NCBI GenBank assembly: GCA_024637095.1
Contig: JAGXFV010000024.1
Span: 770 to 64,769, forward strand
Direction of reading: 5' to 3'
DNA: 64,000 nt
From: Actinomycetes bacterium
GTDB lineage: Bacteria > Actinomycetota > Thermoleophilia > RBG-16-64-13
Shown here: one piece after another, positions 31,120 to 40,550 of the stretch
Layout of the letters: each line of letters begins with the position of its first letter
Numbering within the stretch: position 1 is the stretch's first letter
Translations under genes and position numbers: made by a program
The notes under the pieces: model-generated
What the model was told of the DNA's origin: nothing
The model's input: only the letters and a program-made list of their open reading frames with translations
Database searches by the model: none

Positions 31120-31643
31120 CTAGGCCGCCTGCGCCTTCTGCTCTCGAATTTGGTCCAGGGCGATGGTAAACCCGCGGATCGGCCCGGTCAGCACGGTTGC
31201 AAAACCGTACAGCGGCGCAGCGATCCCACCGATGACCTTGGCCACCAGCTCGTCACGGCTGGGCAGAGAGGCAAGCTCCTCCACCTGCGACGCAACGATC
31301 AGATGATCGCGCAGGAATCCGCCCTTGACCGTGAGCTTCTTGTAACTCTTCGCGAAATCCTGGATGGCTTTGGCCGGAGCGACCGGATCGTCGTCACAGT
31401 AGGCGATGGCGGTCGGACCTTCCAGCATGGGGCCGACTCCTTCCATGCCGGTCTGACCCACCGCCCGCAGCGCCAATGTGTTCTTGACCACCTTGAGCTC
31501 GGCGCCCGCCTCGCGCAGCTTGCTGCGCAGCTCGGTCGCCTCGGACACGGTGATCCCACGATAATCCACCAGGAAGTACGAAGGATGGCTTTTCAGATCG
31601 TCGACGATCTCGTTGACCGCGGCGACCTTCTCCGGTTTCGGCA
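31120..31643 (-). CDS. rplJ: 50S ribosomal protein L10. The start is corrected to the ATG at 31643 (MPKPEKVAAVNEIVDDLK), which has a GGAGG SD.
   Basis: The ORF track start at 31896 adds 84 aa that overlap the divergent nrfH upstream region; SD gaaggagggagg lies immediately upstream of ATG 31643. Confidence 0.9.
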
Positions 31644-31955
31644 TCTGCCTCCCTCCTTCATCGCACAAAAAAACGCCCACCCCGAGACGGAGATGGACGA
31701 TGAGGGCGATCGAGGGCTGCCTGTTGGCCGTCTCGCTCGCGTCTAACGTCTGCCTCGGCCGGCCGATGAAGCGCTCTTCATCATTTCGGCCACCCCGCGG
31801 GGCGGCGCCGGCTGTCTCGGGCTTGGCCGAGCAGTATAGCACGGCCTCCAAGTGACTGGCATTCTCGCGGGTGGTTGTTTGAGAAATGGGTAACAAGCGG
31901 ATGGAGGTGTCTGCGCGGATGCGATCCCAGATCGGGATACAGGGAGGATGATGCC
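31644..31955. promoter_or_regulatory. Divergent regulatory region. It holds the rplJ-rplL leader (the expected L10(L12)4 autoregulatory site) on the minus strand and the nrfHA promoter on the plus strand.
   Basis: 312-nt non-coding interval between two divergent starts. The L10-leader function is inferred from the conserved rplJ position; no specific motif was verified. Confidence 0.4.
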
Positions 31956-32426
31956 ATGGCTGCAGGGCATTGGAAAACGAGGACGGTCATCCTAGGAGCG
32001 GTCCTCGGCCTAACTGTCCTTGGAGTCTTCCTCGCGTTTGGCCCCCCCGAACTCTTCGCACGATCCGAGGAACCCGAATTCTGCGGTGGGGCCTGCCACC
32101 CGATGGAAGCCAACTACGAATCCTGGTTTCACGAGGGTCCCCACCGGCAGGTCAAGTGCGTCGATTGCCACCTGCCCAACACCAGCACTCCCCGGCACCT
32201 ATGGCAGAAGGGACTGGACGGCGTGCATGACTTATGGGTGTTCTCCACCGACCAGGTTCCGGACGAGATCGAGCTTTCCGAACGAGGACAATCGGTGGTC
32301 CAGGAGAACTGCCTGATCTGCCACGGAGCCATGACCACGCACATCGATCAGGAGAGGACCTGCTGGGACTGCCACCGCGGCATGTCTCACGGCTTCGGCG
32401 GATCGGTCGAGGCGAAGAACCTTTGA
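31956..32426 (+). CDS. nrfH: Cytochrome c nitrite reductase small subunit NrfH (membrane-anchored tetraheme quinol dehydrogenase of the NapC/NirT family)
   Basis: 157 aa MAAGHWKTRTVILGAVLGLTVLGVFLAF (TM anchor); four CxxCH (CGGACH, CVDCH, CLICH, CWDCH); SD agggagg 9 nt upstream of ATG 31956. Confidence 0.88.
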   Translation: MAAGHWKTRTVILGAVLGLTVLGVFLAFGPPELFARSEEPEFCGGACHPMEANYESWFHEGPHRQVKCVDCHLPNTSTPRHLWQKGLDGVHDLWVFSTDQVPDEIELSERGQSVVQENCLICHGAMTTHIDQERTCWDCHRGMSHGFGGSVEAKNL

Positions 32427-32449
32427 CCTCGCAGGGGAGTGAGCAAGTT

Positions 32450-33937
32450 ATGAGACAAAAAGTGCCTGGATTTCTGGTCTTGGCCGCGCTCGTCGTGGCC
32501 ATCCTTCCGCTCGCGCTCGGCTGCGCGCCGGACAAGCCAGAGGCCGTGAAGACAGGGACGATTCCGGCCGACACCGTGGATCCCAAGGTCTGGGGAAACC
32601 TCTACCCCGTTCAGTACGACCTCTGGCTGGCCACCAGCGAAGACCGCCCCGCGGGCGAGAGCCCATATAAGCGAGGGGGCGACGAGGGCAAGGTCGTCTA
32701 CGACAAGCTGAGCGAGTACCCCTTCATGGCCCTCCTCTTCAACGGCTGGGGTTTCGGGGTCGAATACAACGAGCCGCGCGGACACGCCCACATGGTCACC
32801 GACCAACTGGAGATAGACCCCTCGCGGGTCAAGTCCGGCGGCGCCTGCCTTACCTGCAAGACTCCGTATGCCCCCTCGATGTACGAGGAGCAGGGCGCCG
32901 GCTACATGGGCGATCCGTATCTGGAGGTGCACTCGCGCATCCCCAAGGAATTTCAGGAACTGGGAGTGACGTGCATCGATTGCCACGACAACGAGACCAT
33001 GGCGATCAAGCTCAGCCGTCCCGCCTTGACCGACGCCTTGGAGGACATAGGCTTCGACCACGAAGGAGCGACGCGTCAGGAGATGCGGACCCTGGCCTGC
33101 GCCCAATGCCACGTCACGTACGTGCTCCAGCGCGATGAGGAGATGAAGCCGGTCGAGCTCATCTTCCCCTGGGAGGGAAGCAACGAGGGCGCCATCACCA
33201 TCGAGAACATCATCGATGTGATCAAGGATGAGCCCTCCTACTACGAGTGGAAACAGGGCGTCACCGGGTTCAAGCTGGCGTTCATCCGCCACCCGGAGTA
33301 CGAGTTCTTCACGGCCGGGAGCGTGCACGCGAATGCCGGTCTGTCCTGTGCCGACTGCCACATGCCCTACACCCGGGTGGGCTCGGCCAAGGTGAGCGAC
33401 CACGATGTGACCAGTCCGCTGAAGAACGAGATGGAAGCGTGCCGGCAGTGCCACCCCAGCTCCATCGAGGACCTGAAGGAACAGGTGGTGGCGATCCAAG
33501 AGCGCACCCTTTCGATGACCAATCGCGCCGGCTATGCCACCGCGGTCTCGGCCAAGCTGTTCGAGACCACGCACAAAGCTAAGGAGGCGGGTCGGCAGGT
33601 CGATCAAGCGCTCTATGATCAGGCCAAGGAGTTCTACCTGCAGGCCTTCTACCGCACGAATTACCTTGGCGCCGAGAACTCGCTCGGCTTCCACAATCCC
33701 AGTGAGGCAGGACGGATCGCGGGCGACGCGATCGCGATGGCGACCCAGTGCCAGGCCCTGCTCCGCCAGGCACTGACGGAGGCCGGGGTATCAGTGCCGG
33801 CCGCCGTCAACCTCGAGTTGGGCACGTACCTCAATGACCGGGGCGAGAAGGGTCTGATGTTCGACACGGAAGTGGAGCTCAAAGACCCAACCGGAGTGCA
33901 GGATCTGCTCACCCCAGCGGAGTCTCTCGGTTATTAG
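32450..33937 (+). CDS. nrfA: Cytochrome c552 nitrite reductase catalytic subunit NrfA (pentaheme; CxxCK active-site heme plus four CxxCH). Predicted lipoprotein.
   Basis: 495 aa MRQKVPGFLVLAALVVAILPLALGC (lipobox LALGC); CLTCK, CIDCH, CAQCH, CADCH, CRQCH; the ORF track start is over-extended (32234). Confidence 0.88.
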   Translation: MRQKVPGFLVLAALVVAILPLALGCAPDKPEAVKTGTIPADTVDPKVWGNLYPVQYDLWLATSEDRPAGESPYKRGGDEGKVVYDKLSEYPFMALLFNGWGFGVEYNEPRGHAHMVTDQLEIDPSRVKSGGACLTCKTPYAPSMYEEQGAGYMGDPYLEVHSRIPKEFQELGVTCIDCHDNETMAIKLSRPALTDALEDIGFDHEGATRQEMRTLACAQCHVTYVLQRDEEMKPVELIFPWEGSNEGAITIENIIDVIKDEPSYYEWKQGVTGFKLAFIRHPEYEFFTAGSVHANAGLSCADCHMPYTRVGSAKVSDHDVTSPLKNEMEACRQCHPSSIEDLKEQVVAIQERTLSMTNRAGYATAVSAKLFETTHKAKEAGRQVDQALYDQAKEFYLQAFYRTNYLGAENSLGFHNPSEAGRIAGDAIAMATQCQALLRQALTEAGVSVPAAVNLELGTYLNDRGEKGLMFDTEVELKDPTGVQDLLTPAESLGY

Positions 33938-33984
33938 CCACGCTGGAGTAAGAGCGGGGCCGCATCCCCAGCTCCACACGCAGG

Positions 33985-34027
33985 AAAGCCCGCTCCCGGG
34001 AAAGAAGTCCGGAGCGGGCTTTCTGAT
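33985..34027. terminator. Bidirectional intrinsic terminator hairpin between convergent nrfA (+) and rplA (-)
   Basis: aaagcccgctccc-gggaaagaagtcc-ggagcgggcttt with a T-run (tttctgatt) on the plus strand. Confidence 0.5.
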
Positions 34028-34077
34028 TCCAACCAGCGCCTTCCCGCCACGGCGGGTCGCACATAACCAGCGAGGGA

Positions 34078-34815
34078 CTAGAGGGCCGCTTCTGCCGCCG
34101 CAGCCTCCTCGAGTTCATCGATCAGACCCCGGCTCTTGGTCGAGTCAACGGGTATGCCCGGGCCCATGGTGCTCGTCAGCGTGATCGAACGCAGATACTT
34201 GCCCTTGGCCGCCGCCGGCTTGGCGCGGATGAGCTCGTCCAGCATCTCGGCGTAGTTCTCGACGATCTGCTTCTCGCTGAAGGACTTCTTGCCGATGATC
34301 ACGTGTACCACGCCGAACTTGTCGGTGCGGTACTCGATCTTGCCGCCCTTGGTATCCTGCACCGCCTTGGCCACGTCGAAGGTGACGGTACCGGCTTTGG
34401 GATTGGGCATCAGTCCTCGGGGACCGAGCACTCGTCCGAGCTTACCGACCACGCCCATCATGTCGGGGGTGGCAATCGCAGCATCGAAGTCGATCTCGCC
34501 GGCCTCGACCCTGGCGGCCAGGTCCTCGGCGCCCACTACGTCTGCACCGGCCTCCTGGGCCTCGGTGGCTTTGTCACCTTTGGCAAAGACCGCGACGCGA
34601 ACCACCTGACCGGTGCCGTTGGGCAGCATGAGCGTGCCGCGCAGTTGCTGGTCGGCGTGCCGGGGATTTACCCCCAGCTTCATATGCACTTCGATGGTCT
34701 CGTCGAACTTAGCCGAGGGGAGTTGCTTCAGTAACTGAACGGCTTCGACGGGGGAGTACTCGCGGGTGACGTCCACAGAGCGACGCGCCTCGCGGTAGCG
34801 CTTGGAACGGGCCAT
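34078..34815 (-). CDS. rplA: 50S ribosomal protein L1
   Basis: 245 aa [30 protein letters not shown]. Confidence 0.95.
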   Translation of the reverse strand: MARSKRYREARRSVDVTREYSPVEAVQLLKQLPSAKFDETIEVHMKLGVNPRHADQQLRGTLMLPNGTGQVVRVAVFAKGDKATEAQEAGADVVGAEDLAARVEAGEIDFDAAIATPDMMGVVGKLGRVLGPRGLMPNPKAGTVTFDVAKAVQDTKGGKIEYRTDKFGVVHVIIGKKSFSEKQIVENYAEMLDELIRAKPAAAKGKYLRSITLTSTMGPGIPVDSTKSRGLIDELEEAAAAEAAL

Positions 34816-34952
34816 ATTGACCTACCTCCTGGTGGTGCCAGCGGGCTATTGCCCTCCCACCGCTATCGGACCCCGGTGGCGCGCTTGGCCGCCGCGGCCC
34901 TCTTTGTCTATTTGGAAGCGAGGCCTCCGCCTCGGCTCCCGGCGCGTAAGGC

Positions 34953-35381
34953 CTAGCGGCCCTCCACGGTTACGCCCATGCTGCGGGCCGTGCCGGCGAT
35001 AATCTGCATCGCGCCCTCGACGTCGTTGGCGTTGAGGTCGGGGAGTTTGGTCTCGGCGATCTCCCGAAGCTGGGCTCCGGTGATTTTGCCCACCTTGTCG
35101 CGGTTCGGCACGCCTGATCCCTTGTCGATCCCAGCGGCCTTCCGGATGAGCACAGCCGCCGGCGGGGTCTTCGTGATGAAGGTGAAGGAGCGGTCCTCGA
35201 AGACGGTGATCTCCACCGGAATGATCGTCCCAACGCTGTCCTGCGTCTGGGCGTTATACGCCTTCGTGAACTCCATGATGTTGATCCCGTGCTGGCCAAG
35301 CGCAGGGCCCACTGGGGGGGCCGGGGTCGCCTTTCCCGCCGGAATCTGCAGTTTGATGATTGCCCTAACTTTCTTCGCCAC
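34953..35381 (-). CDS. rplK: 50S ribosomal protein L11
   Basis: 142 aa [34 protein letters not shown]. Confidence 0.95.
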   Translation of the reverse strand: MAKKVRAIIKLQIPAGKATPAPPVGPALGQHGINIMEFTKAYNAQTQDSVGTIIPVEITVFEDRSFTFITKTPPAAVLIRKAAGIDKGSGVPNRDKVGKITGAQLREIAETKLPDLNANDVEGAMQIIAGTARSMGVTVEGR

Positions 35382-35409
35382 CGATCGCTCCCGTCACCGA
35401 AAAACTTTG

Positions 35410-35937
35410 TTAGATCTTCTTGACCTGCTCGAAACCCAGCTCGGTCGGCGTGTCGCGACCGAAGATGGAAACCATCACCTTGAGCTTGCTCTGCTCCGCA
35501 TTGACCTCGGACACCTCACCGGTAAAGTCGCTCAGTGGGCCGGCAATGACCTTGACCTGATCCCCGACGGAGAATTCCGCTTTGGCCTTGGGCTTCTCAA
35601 CGGTGGCCGTATGAAGGATGCGATCGACCTCAGTCGGGCTCAAGGGGGTCGGGGCGCTGCCAGAACCCACGAAACCGGTTACGCCGGGGGTGTTTTTCAC
35701 CAGAGACCAGGAGTCGTCCGTCAGGATCATCTTGACCAGGATGTAGCCGGGGAAGATCCGCTTCTCCACCTGGACCTTCTCGCCGCCCTTGGTCTCGACC
35801 ACCTGCTCGGTGGGCACCACGATATCCTCGAATGCATCCACCTGATTCATCGACTGGATACGGTGCTCCAGGTTGGCCCGCGCCTTGTTCTCATGACCGG
35901 AGTACGTGTTGATTACGTACCACTTTGGATCGAACAC
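35410..35937 (-). CDS. nusG: Transcription termination/antitermination factor NusG. The start is probably the GTG at ~35937 (FDPKWYVINTYSGHENK).
   Basis: NGN domain plus C-terminal KOW (GDQVKVIAGPLSDFTGEV); the ORF track start at 36024 adds ~29 Arg-rich residues. Confidence 0.85.
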   Translation of the reverse strand: MFDPKWYVINTYSGHENKARANLEHRIQSMNQVDAFEDIVVPTEQVVETKGGEKVQVEKRIFPGYILVKMILTDDSWSLVKNTPGVTGFVGSGSAPTPLSPTEVDRILHTATVEKPKAKAEFSVGDQVKVIAGPLSDFTGEVSEVNAEQSKLKVMVSIFGRDTPTELGFEQVKKI

Positions 35938-35945
35938 CGGGCGCC

Positions 35946-36233
35946 CTACCCCAACCTGGCCAGATCGACGAGTGTGGCCCAGACGAGGTCCCAGACGCCG
36001 ATGTAGACCGCGGCAATTACGCACGCGACCAGCACGACCATGGTCGACTGGAGCAACTCGGGCCGCTCCGGCCAGGTGACCTTGCCCATCTCCACGCGCA
36101 CTTCCCGGAAAAAGGTACCGAGACGGCCGCTCCGCTGCATTGCCTGAGAACGGGTGGAGCGGGCCACCGTGTTTCCGCGGTTCTGGACCCGAGACGTCTT
36201 GGGCGTCGGCTTACTCGTCGTAGTCTTTGCCAT
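35946..36233 (-). CDS. secE: Preprotein translocase subunit SecE. The start is corrected to the internal ATG (MAKTTTSKPTPK...); a single C-terminal TM helix.
   Basis: 95 aa ...FFREVRVEMGKVTWPERPELLQSTMVVLVACVIAAVYIGVWDLV; the ORF track start overlaps tRNA-Trp. Confidence 0.85.
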   Translation of the reverse strand: MAKTTTSKPTPKTSRVQNRGNTVARSTRSQAMQRSGRLGTFFREVRVEMGKVTWPERPELLQSTMVVLVACVIAAVYIGVWDLVWATLVDLARLG

Positions 36234-36256
36234 CACACACCTATTTAGAAGAAACC

Positions 36257-36333
36257 TGGCAGGGCAGGAGGGATTCGAACCCACGGCCTGCGGTTTTGGA
36301 GACCGCTGCTCTAGCCAGCTGAGCTACTGCCCT
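36257..36333 (-). tRNA. tRNA-Trp (anticodon CCA), CCA 3' end encoded
   Basis: Minus strand AGGGCAG-TA-GCTC-AGCTGGCTA-GAGC-A-GCGGT-CTCCAAA-ACCGC-AGGCC-GTGGG-TTCGAAT-CCCTC-CTGCCCT-G-CCA (one U-U mismatch in the T stem); coordinates +/-1. Confidence 0.85.
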
Positions 36334-36347
36334 GCGAATGACTCGCG

Positions 36348-36479
36348 CTACTTGGTTTCCTTATGGACCGTATGACCCTCACACCACTTGCAGTACTTGC
36401 GGAACTCGATCCGCTCCGGATCATTCCGCTTGTTCTTCATGCTGGTGTAATTGCGGCGCTTGCACTCTTGGCAGGCCAT
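36348..36479 (-). CDS. rpmG: 50S ribosomal protein L33, zinc-ribbon (C4) form
   Basis: Manual translation: [43 protein letters not shown] (43 aa). Missing from the ORF track because it is shorter than 60 aa. Confidence 0.85.
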   Translation of the reverse strand: MACQECKRRNYTSMKNKRNDPERIEFRKYCKWCEGHTVHKETK

Positions 36480-36600
36480 CGTGACTCTAACCCGCATTAC
36501 TTCACCATTCCCTATCTCGAACGATGCGGCATCCTACCATAGCCCACAACGGGAACCCAAGGGGGAGCAGCCCTCCCTGGGTTGCACGATGAAGCCTAGG

Positions 36601-36674
36601 TAGCGGGGCAGGGACTCGAACCCCGGACTCGCGGATTATGATTCCGCTGCTCTGACCAACTGAGCTACCCCGCC
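36601..36674 (-). tRNA. tRNA with anticodon CAT. It is elongator tRNA-Met or lysidine tRNA-Ile2, and not initiator-like (no three consecutive G-C pairs at the base of the anticodon stem).
   Basis: Minus strand GGCGGGG-TA-GCTC-AGTTGGTCA-GAGC-A-GCGGA-ATCATAA-TCCGC-GAGTC-CGGGG-TTCGAGT-CCCTG-CCCCGCT-A. Confidence 0.8.
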
Positions 36675-36679
36675 TTGTA

Positions 36680-36755
<76 letters not shown>

Positions 36756-36822
36756 CCGTCCCGGAAGACCGGCATCCCGCCGACCCACCCGTCGCGCCCC
36801 GCGCAACATGCGCGAAAGCTAA

Positions 36823-36906
<84 letters not shown>

Positions 36907-37271
36907 ACGGGAATGCCGCCTAAAGGCGAAGACGGATGATACCAGAGGTCAGGGGGTTTTCAAGCAAACGGAGGCCACCGAAAGGGCGAGCCAAACGGGC
37001 CGCAAACCGCCCCCAGGAACCCACAACCTCAGCCCACCCCGGGCCACAGAATGAACTGAGGCCCCGACGCTGCCACGTCATCGGGGCCCCTAGTTCGAAG
37101 GAGGGAGGATGGGTTTTGTTTGAAACGTGTCGTCGCCATGTCGGCCTTGCGACCGACCGACTCGTTTGTTGTTGACTGCATTGTACTACAGCTCGTAGTA
37201 CATGACAAGTGGCCCACTTTTGCGCTCCGGAGGTATGCCGCAGACGGCGGTTCCTGGCGGAGCGACCGCCC

Positions 37272-38936
37272 TCAACCCACGAAGCCGTCGCCCTTCGTCC
37301 CGTCGAGACCCAGCAGTTCTCTCGCCTCGCTCGCCAGTTGCAGCCCCACCTGAGCTTCCTCATCCACGATGGTGGTGGCGCCGGCTCGGCGGAAGTCCTC
37401 CTGATATCTGTGGTACCGGGCGCGAACCAGGATGTGGGCCTGGGGAGCGAGGAAGCGGACGAGGTCGATGACCCGTTTGGTCGCGGAGGGGTCCGGGGTG
37501 GTGATCAGGACCGCGGCGGCGCAGGCTATCTCTAGATGCTCGAGCACCTCGGCGTGCGTGGCGTCGCCCAAGTGCAGGCGGATCCCGTGCTCTCGGGCGG
37601 CGACTGCGTTGCGGGGGTTCAGGTCCACGACGGTCAGGTGCTCCACTCCCGCCTCGCGCATTGCGTCCGCCGCGCGCTGGCCGGCGGGTCCGTAGCCGAT
37701 CACCACGACCTGCCCGGGCCCGTCACTGCAGGCCAGTTCCGCCTGCCGTCGCCCGCCTTGACTCCGCCGCGCGGCCGCCGCCTCGGGGAGGACATGGGCC
37801 GCCGCCGAAGCCAGGTAAGGGGTGAGCAGGAGCGTCAGCACCGTCACGGACAGGATCAGCCGAAATAGATCATCGTCCAGGAGCCCTTCGCCCCGAGCCA
37901 CCTGAGCCAGGACGAAGGAGAACTCTCCTATCTGCGCGATGGTCAGGCCGGTAGCCAGAGCCGTGCCGGTCCGGTAACCCAAGAGGCGCAGCACGCCTGT
38001 CACGATGCCGCTCTTGCCGACCACCACCAGCGCCACGAGCGCCAGGACCATGCCCGCGTTGGACAGCGCCCAGGCAGGATCGCCAAACATACCCACAGAA
38101 GAGAAGAAGAGGGTGATGAGCAGAGTGCGAAGCGCCGAGATGTCCGAGCGGATCTGAACTGCGAACGGCGATTCCGCCAAAAGCAGTCCGGCAGCAAAGG
38201 CGCCAACGGCGGGGCTGAATTCAATGGCGTGGGCTCCCCAGGTCGCCCCCAGCGCGACGAGCACCGCCAGCAGGATGGGAAGCTCGCGGTTTCGCGTGAG
38301 ACCCCCAAGCCGGAAGACCTTTGGCAGGAGCACCCCAACCAATAGGTAGAGCAGACCCAGTCCGGCGATACCCAGCAAAGCCGCTCGGCCCAGATCCCAA
38401 AGCGTTTCGTCGAGGCCGCCTTCACCGGCAAGCGCCGAGACGAAGAAAACGAGCGGCACCACCGCCACATCCTGGACGAGGAGAATAGCGATGGCGTTGC
38501 GGCCAAAGACGCTGTCCGTCTGAGCCCGGTCGGTCAGCACGCGCACGACGAAGGCCGTGCTCGAAAGCGCGGCCACCGCCCCCACGGCCAGAGCGGGACG
38601 CGAACCCAATCCCAGGGCCAAGGCCACGAAGTAGGCGGCGGCGCCCGTGAGCAAGATCTGCGCACCGCCAGCGACGAAAGGCACCCAACCCAGCCGGAGC
38701 AGCCGTCGCAGGGAGAATTCCAGTCCGATGGTGAAGAGCAGGAGCGCGGCGCCCAGTTCGGCCAGCACCTCCACGTCTTCGCCGGTGGGAATCAATCCCA
38801 GGACATTGGGGCCGATGAGCATCCCGGCGAGAAGGTAGCCGATGATGGCGCTCTGCCTTAGTTGCTCGGCGAGTATCCCCAGCGCGAGCGCCGCGCCGAG
38901 CAAGATCATTATTTCCGCGAGTTGCCCCCACTCCAT
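37272..38936 (-). CDS. Monovalent cation:proton antiporter of the CPA2 family (KefB/KefC-like) with a C-terminal RCK/TrkA-N NAD-binding domain
   Basis: 554 aa; 12-13 TM; C-terminal VVVIGYGPAGQRAADAMREAGVEHLTVVDLNPRN Rossmann motif. Confidence 0.85.
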   Translation of the reverse strand: MEWGQLAEIMILLGAALALGILAEQLRQSAIIGYLLAGMLIGPNVLGLIPTGEDVEVLAELGAALLLFTIGLEFSLRRLLRLGWVPFVAGGAQILLTGAAAYFVALALGLGSRPALAVGAVAALSSTAFVVRVLTDRAQTDSVFGRNAIAILLVQDVAVVPLVFFVSALAGEGGLDETLWDLGRAALLGIAGLGLLYLLVGVLLPKVFRLGGLTRNRELPILLAVLVALGATWGAHAIEFSPAVGAFAAGLLLAESPFAVQIRSDISALRTLLITLFFSSVGMFGDPAWALSNAGMVLALVALVVVGKSGIVTGVLRLLGYRTGTALATGLTIAQIGEFSFVLAQVARGEGLLDDDLFRLILSVTVLTLLLTPYLASAAAHVLPEAAAARRSQGGRRQAELACSDGPGQVVVIGYGPAGQRAADAMREAGVEHLTVVDLNPRNAVAAREHGIRLHLGDATHAEVLEHLEIACAAAVLITTPDPSATKRVIDLVRFLAPQAHILVRARYHRYQEDFRRAGATTIVDEEAQVGLQLASEARELLGLDGTKGDGFVG

Positions 38937-39120
38937 AAAGAGAGCTTACCCCAGCGGGCAGGCACTCCCGCAGGGTGTTGGGGCGCGTCTCTTCCTCCGC
39001 GCCCGCCGTGGCCACTCACCTTGTTCGGTCCTCCCTGCCGGACGCCGCCCGCGTTTCTCGGTCACCGACATTCGGGGAGAGCGACTGAAAACCCTAAGCT
39101 TTCGCAACGAGGTGAAGCAA

Positions 39121-39459
39121 ATGGCAGCGGAATTGATCGGCGGGCCCACGCTCGAACGCGACAAGGGCGAGGTGCGAGCCGACTTCAGATTCAGGTTGAC
39201 GGGGCTGCAGTACGATCGCCTAGAGCTGGGCTGGCGGGATCCGGCCGCCGGAGGGACGGGCATCGAACCGGGTGGCTCCTCGCTCGTGGTCTCCCAGGGA
39301 AAGACCGAGTTGATCGTTCCGGTCCACGTCCCCGAGAGCTACTTCACGGGTGGCAGGGTCATCAGGTTTCAGTTGCGCGACGCCGACGAGGCCGACGCCC
39401 CGCCCATGTGGCAGCGGGACTACCTGCTGGGCCCGGACCTGCAGATCGAAGCCGCGTGA
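39121..39459 (+). CDS. Hypothetical protein (112 aa), translationally coupled to qor through a GTGA overlap
   Basis: ATG 39121 with SD gaggtg; MAAELIGGPTLERDKGEVRADFRFRLTGLQYDRLELGWRD...; the stop TGA at 39457-59 overlaps the GTG start of the next gene. Confidence 0.55.
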   Translation: MAAELIGGPTLERDKGEVRADFRFRLTGLQYDRLELGWRDPAAGGTGIEPGGSSLVVSQGKTELIVPVHVPESYFTGGRVIRFQLRDADEADAPPMWQRDYLLGPDLQIEAA

Positions 39460-40436
39460 GGGCGCGCGCGGTCAGGATTCACGAAACCGGCGGACCCCAG
39501 GTTCTCCACCTCGAGGAAGTCGAGGTCCCTGAACCGGGACCGGGCGAGGCCCGGGTAAGGAACGAGTTTGCCGGCGTCAACTTCATCGACACCTACCACC
39601 GCGCCGGTCTCTATCCGTCAAAGTTGCCTCTGGTTCTGGGTCAGGAAGGTGCGGGAGTGGTCGAATCGGTGGGACAGGGGGTGCAGGCCATAGCTGCTGG
39701 AGATCGGGTTGCCTACGCGGGGGGACCACCCGGCTCCTACTCCGACCTCCGCCTAATCCAGGCCGACCGACTCGTCCCGCTCCCCGGCGAAATTGACACG
39801 AATACCGCTGCGGCCATCACCTTGCGGGGAATGACGGTGGAGTACCTCATCCGGCGAACCTTCCCCGTGGCCAAGGGCATGACCGTGCTCTGGCATGCCG
39901 CGGCAGGCGGGGTCGGACTGCTGGCCTGTGAGTGGCTCTCCTCACTGGGGGCAACGGTGATAGGCACCGTGGGCAGCGACAAGAAGGCGAGACTGGCCCG
40001 CGATCACGGCTGCACACACACCATCAATTACAAGGAAGAAGACTTCGTCGAGCGCGTGCGCGAGCTGACCGAAGGGGAAGGCGTGCCGGTGGTCTACGAC
40101 GGGGTCGGCCGTTCCACCCTGTCCGGCTCGTTGGACTGCCTGGCCCCCCGGGGACTATGCGTCTCCTTCGGCAATGCTTCGGGCAAGCCGGAGCCGGTGG
40201 ACGTCCTGACCCTGGCGGAGAAAGGGTCGGTGTACCTCACCCGCCCCCGCCTGGGAGACTACACGCGAACCCGTGACGAACTCCTGGCGAGCGCCTCGAC
40301 GCTCTTTGAAGCCGTCATCCAGGGTCGGGTCGCCGTCGAGATCGGGCAAGAATACGCGCTGGAGCAGGCGGCTGAGGCCCAAGAGGCGCTGGAGGAAAGA
40401 CAGACCGTGGGCTCCACCATCCTCAGCATGGGTTGA
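39456..40436 (+). CDS. qor: NADPH:quinone oxidoreductase / zeta-crystallin-like medium-chain dehydrogenase (MDR family)
   Basis: 326 aa VRARAVRIHETGGPQVLHLEEVEVPEPGPGEARVRNEFAGVNFIDTYHRAGLYP...AAGGVGLLACEWLSSLGATVIGTV; the ORF track fuses it in-frame with the upstream region. Confidence 0.85.
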   Translation: MRARAVRIHETGGPQVLHLEEVEVPEPGPGEARVRNEFAGVNFIDTYHRAGLYPSKLPLVLGQEGAGVVESVGQGVQAIAAGDRVAYAGGPPGSYSDLRLIQADRLVPLPGEIDTNTAAAITLRGMTVEYLIRRTFPVAKGMTVLWHAAAGGVGLLACEWLSSLGATVIGTVGSDKKARLARDHGCTHTINYKEEDFVERVRELTEGEGVPVVYDGVGRSTLSGSLDCLAPRGLCVSFGNASGKPEPVDVLTLAEKGSVYLTRPRLGDYTRTRDELLASASTLFEAVIQGRVAVEIGQEYALEQAAEAQEALEERQTVGSTILSMG

Positions 40437-40550
40437 GAGGACGGTTGGATCGCCGCTCCTGATTGAGCACCTGGGCCTCCGGGAAGTCTTGAACGCAAAG
40501 CCGAAAGAGTGAGAGTCCAGACGCATCCGGACCAACGAGTGGAGGCGGGT

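Noticed and set aside
31644-31896. 84-codon N-terminal extension of rplJ in the ORF track
   Set aside because: L10 homology begins at MPKPEKVAAV, which has a strong SD. The extension lies in the divergent nrfH promoter region.
36920-37363. 147-aa minus-strand ORF in the tRNA-antiporter intergenic region
   Set aside because: Arg/Trp-rich with no SD or motif. The region is more likely promoter or leader DNA for the tRNA and ribosomal operon.
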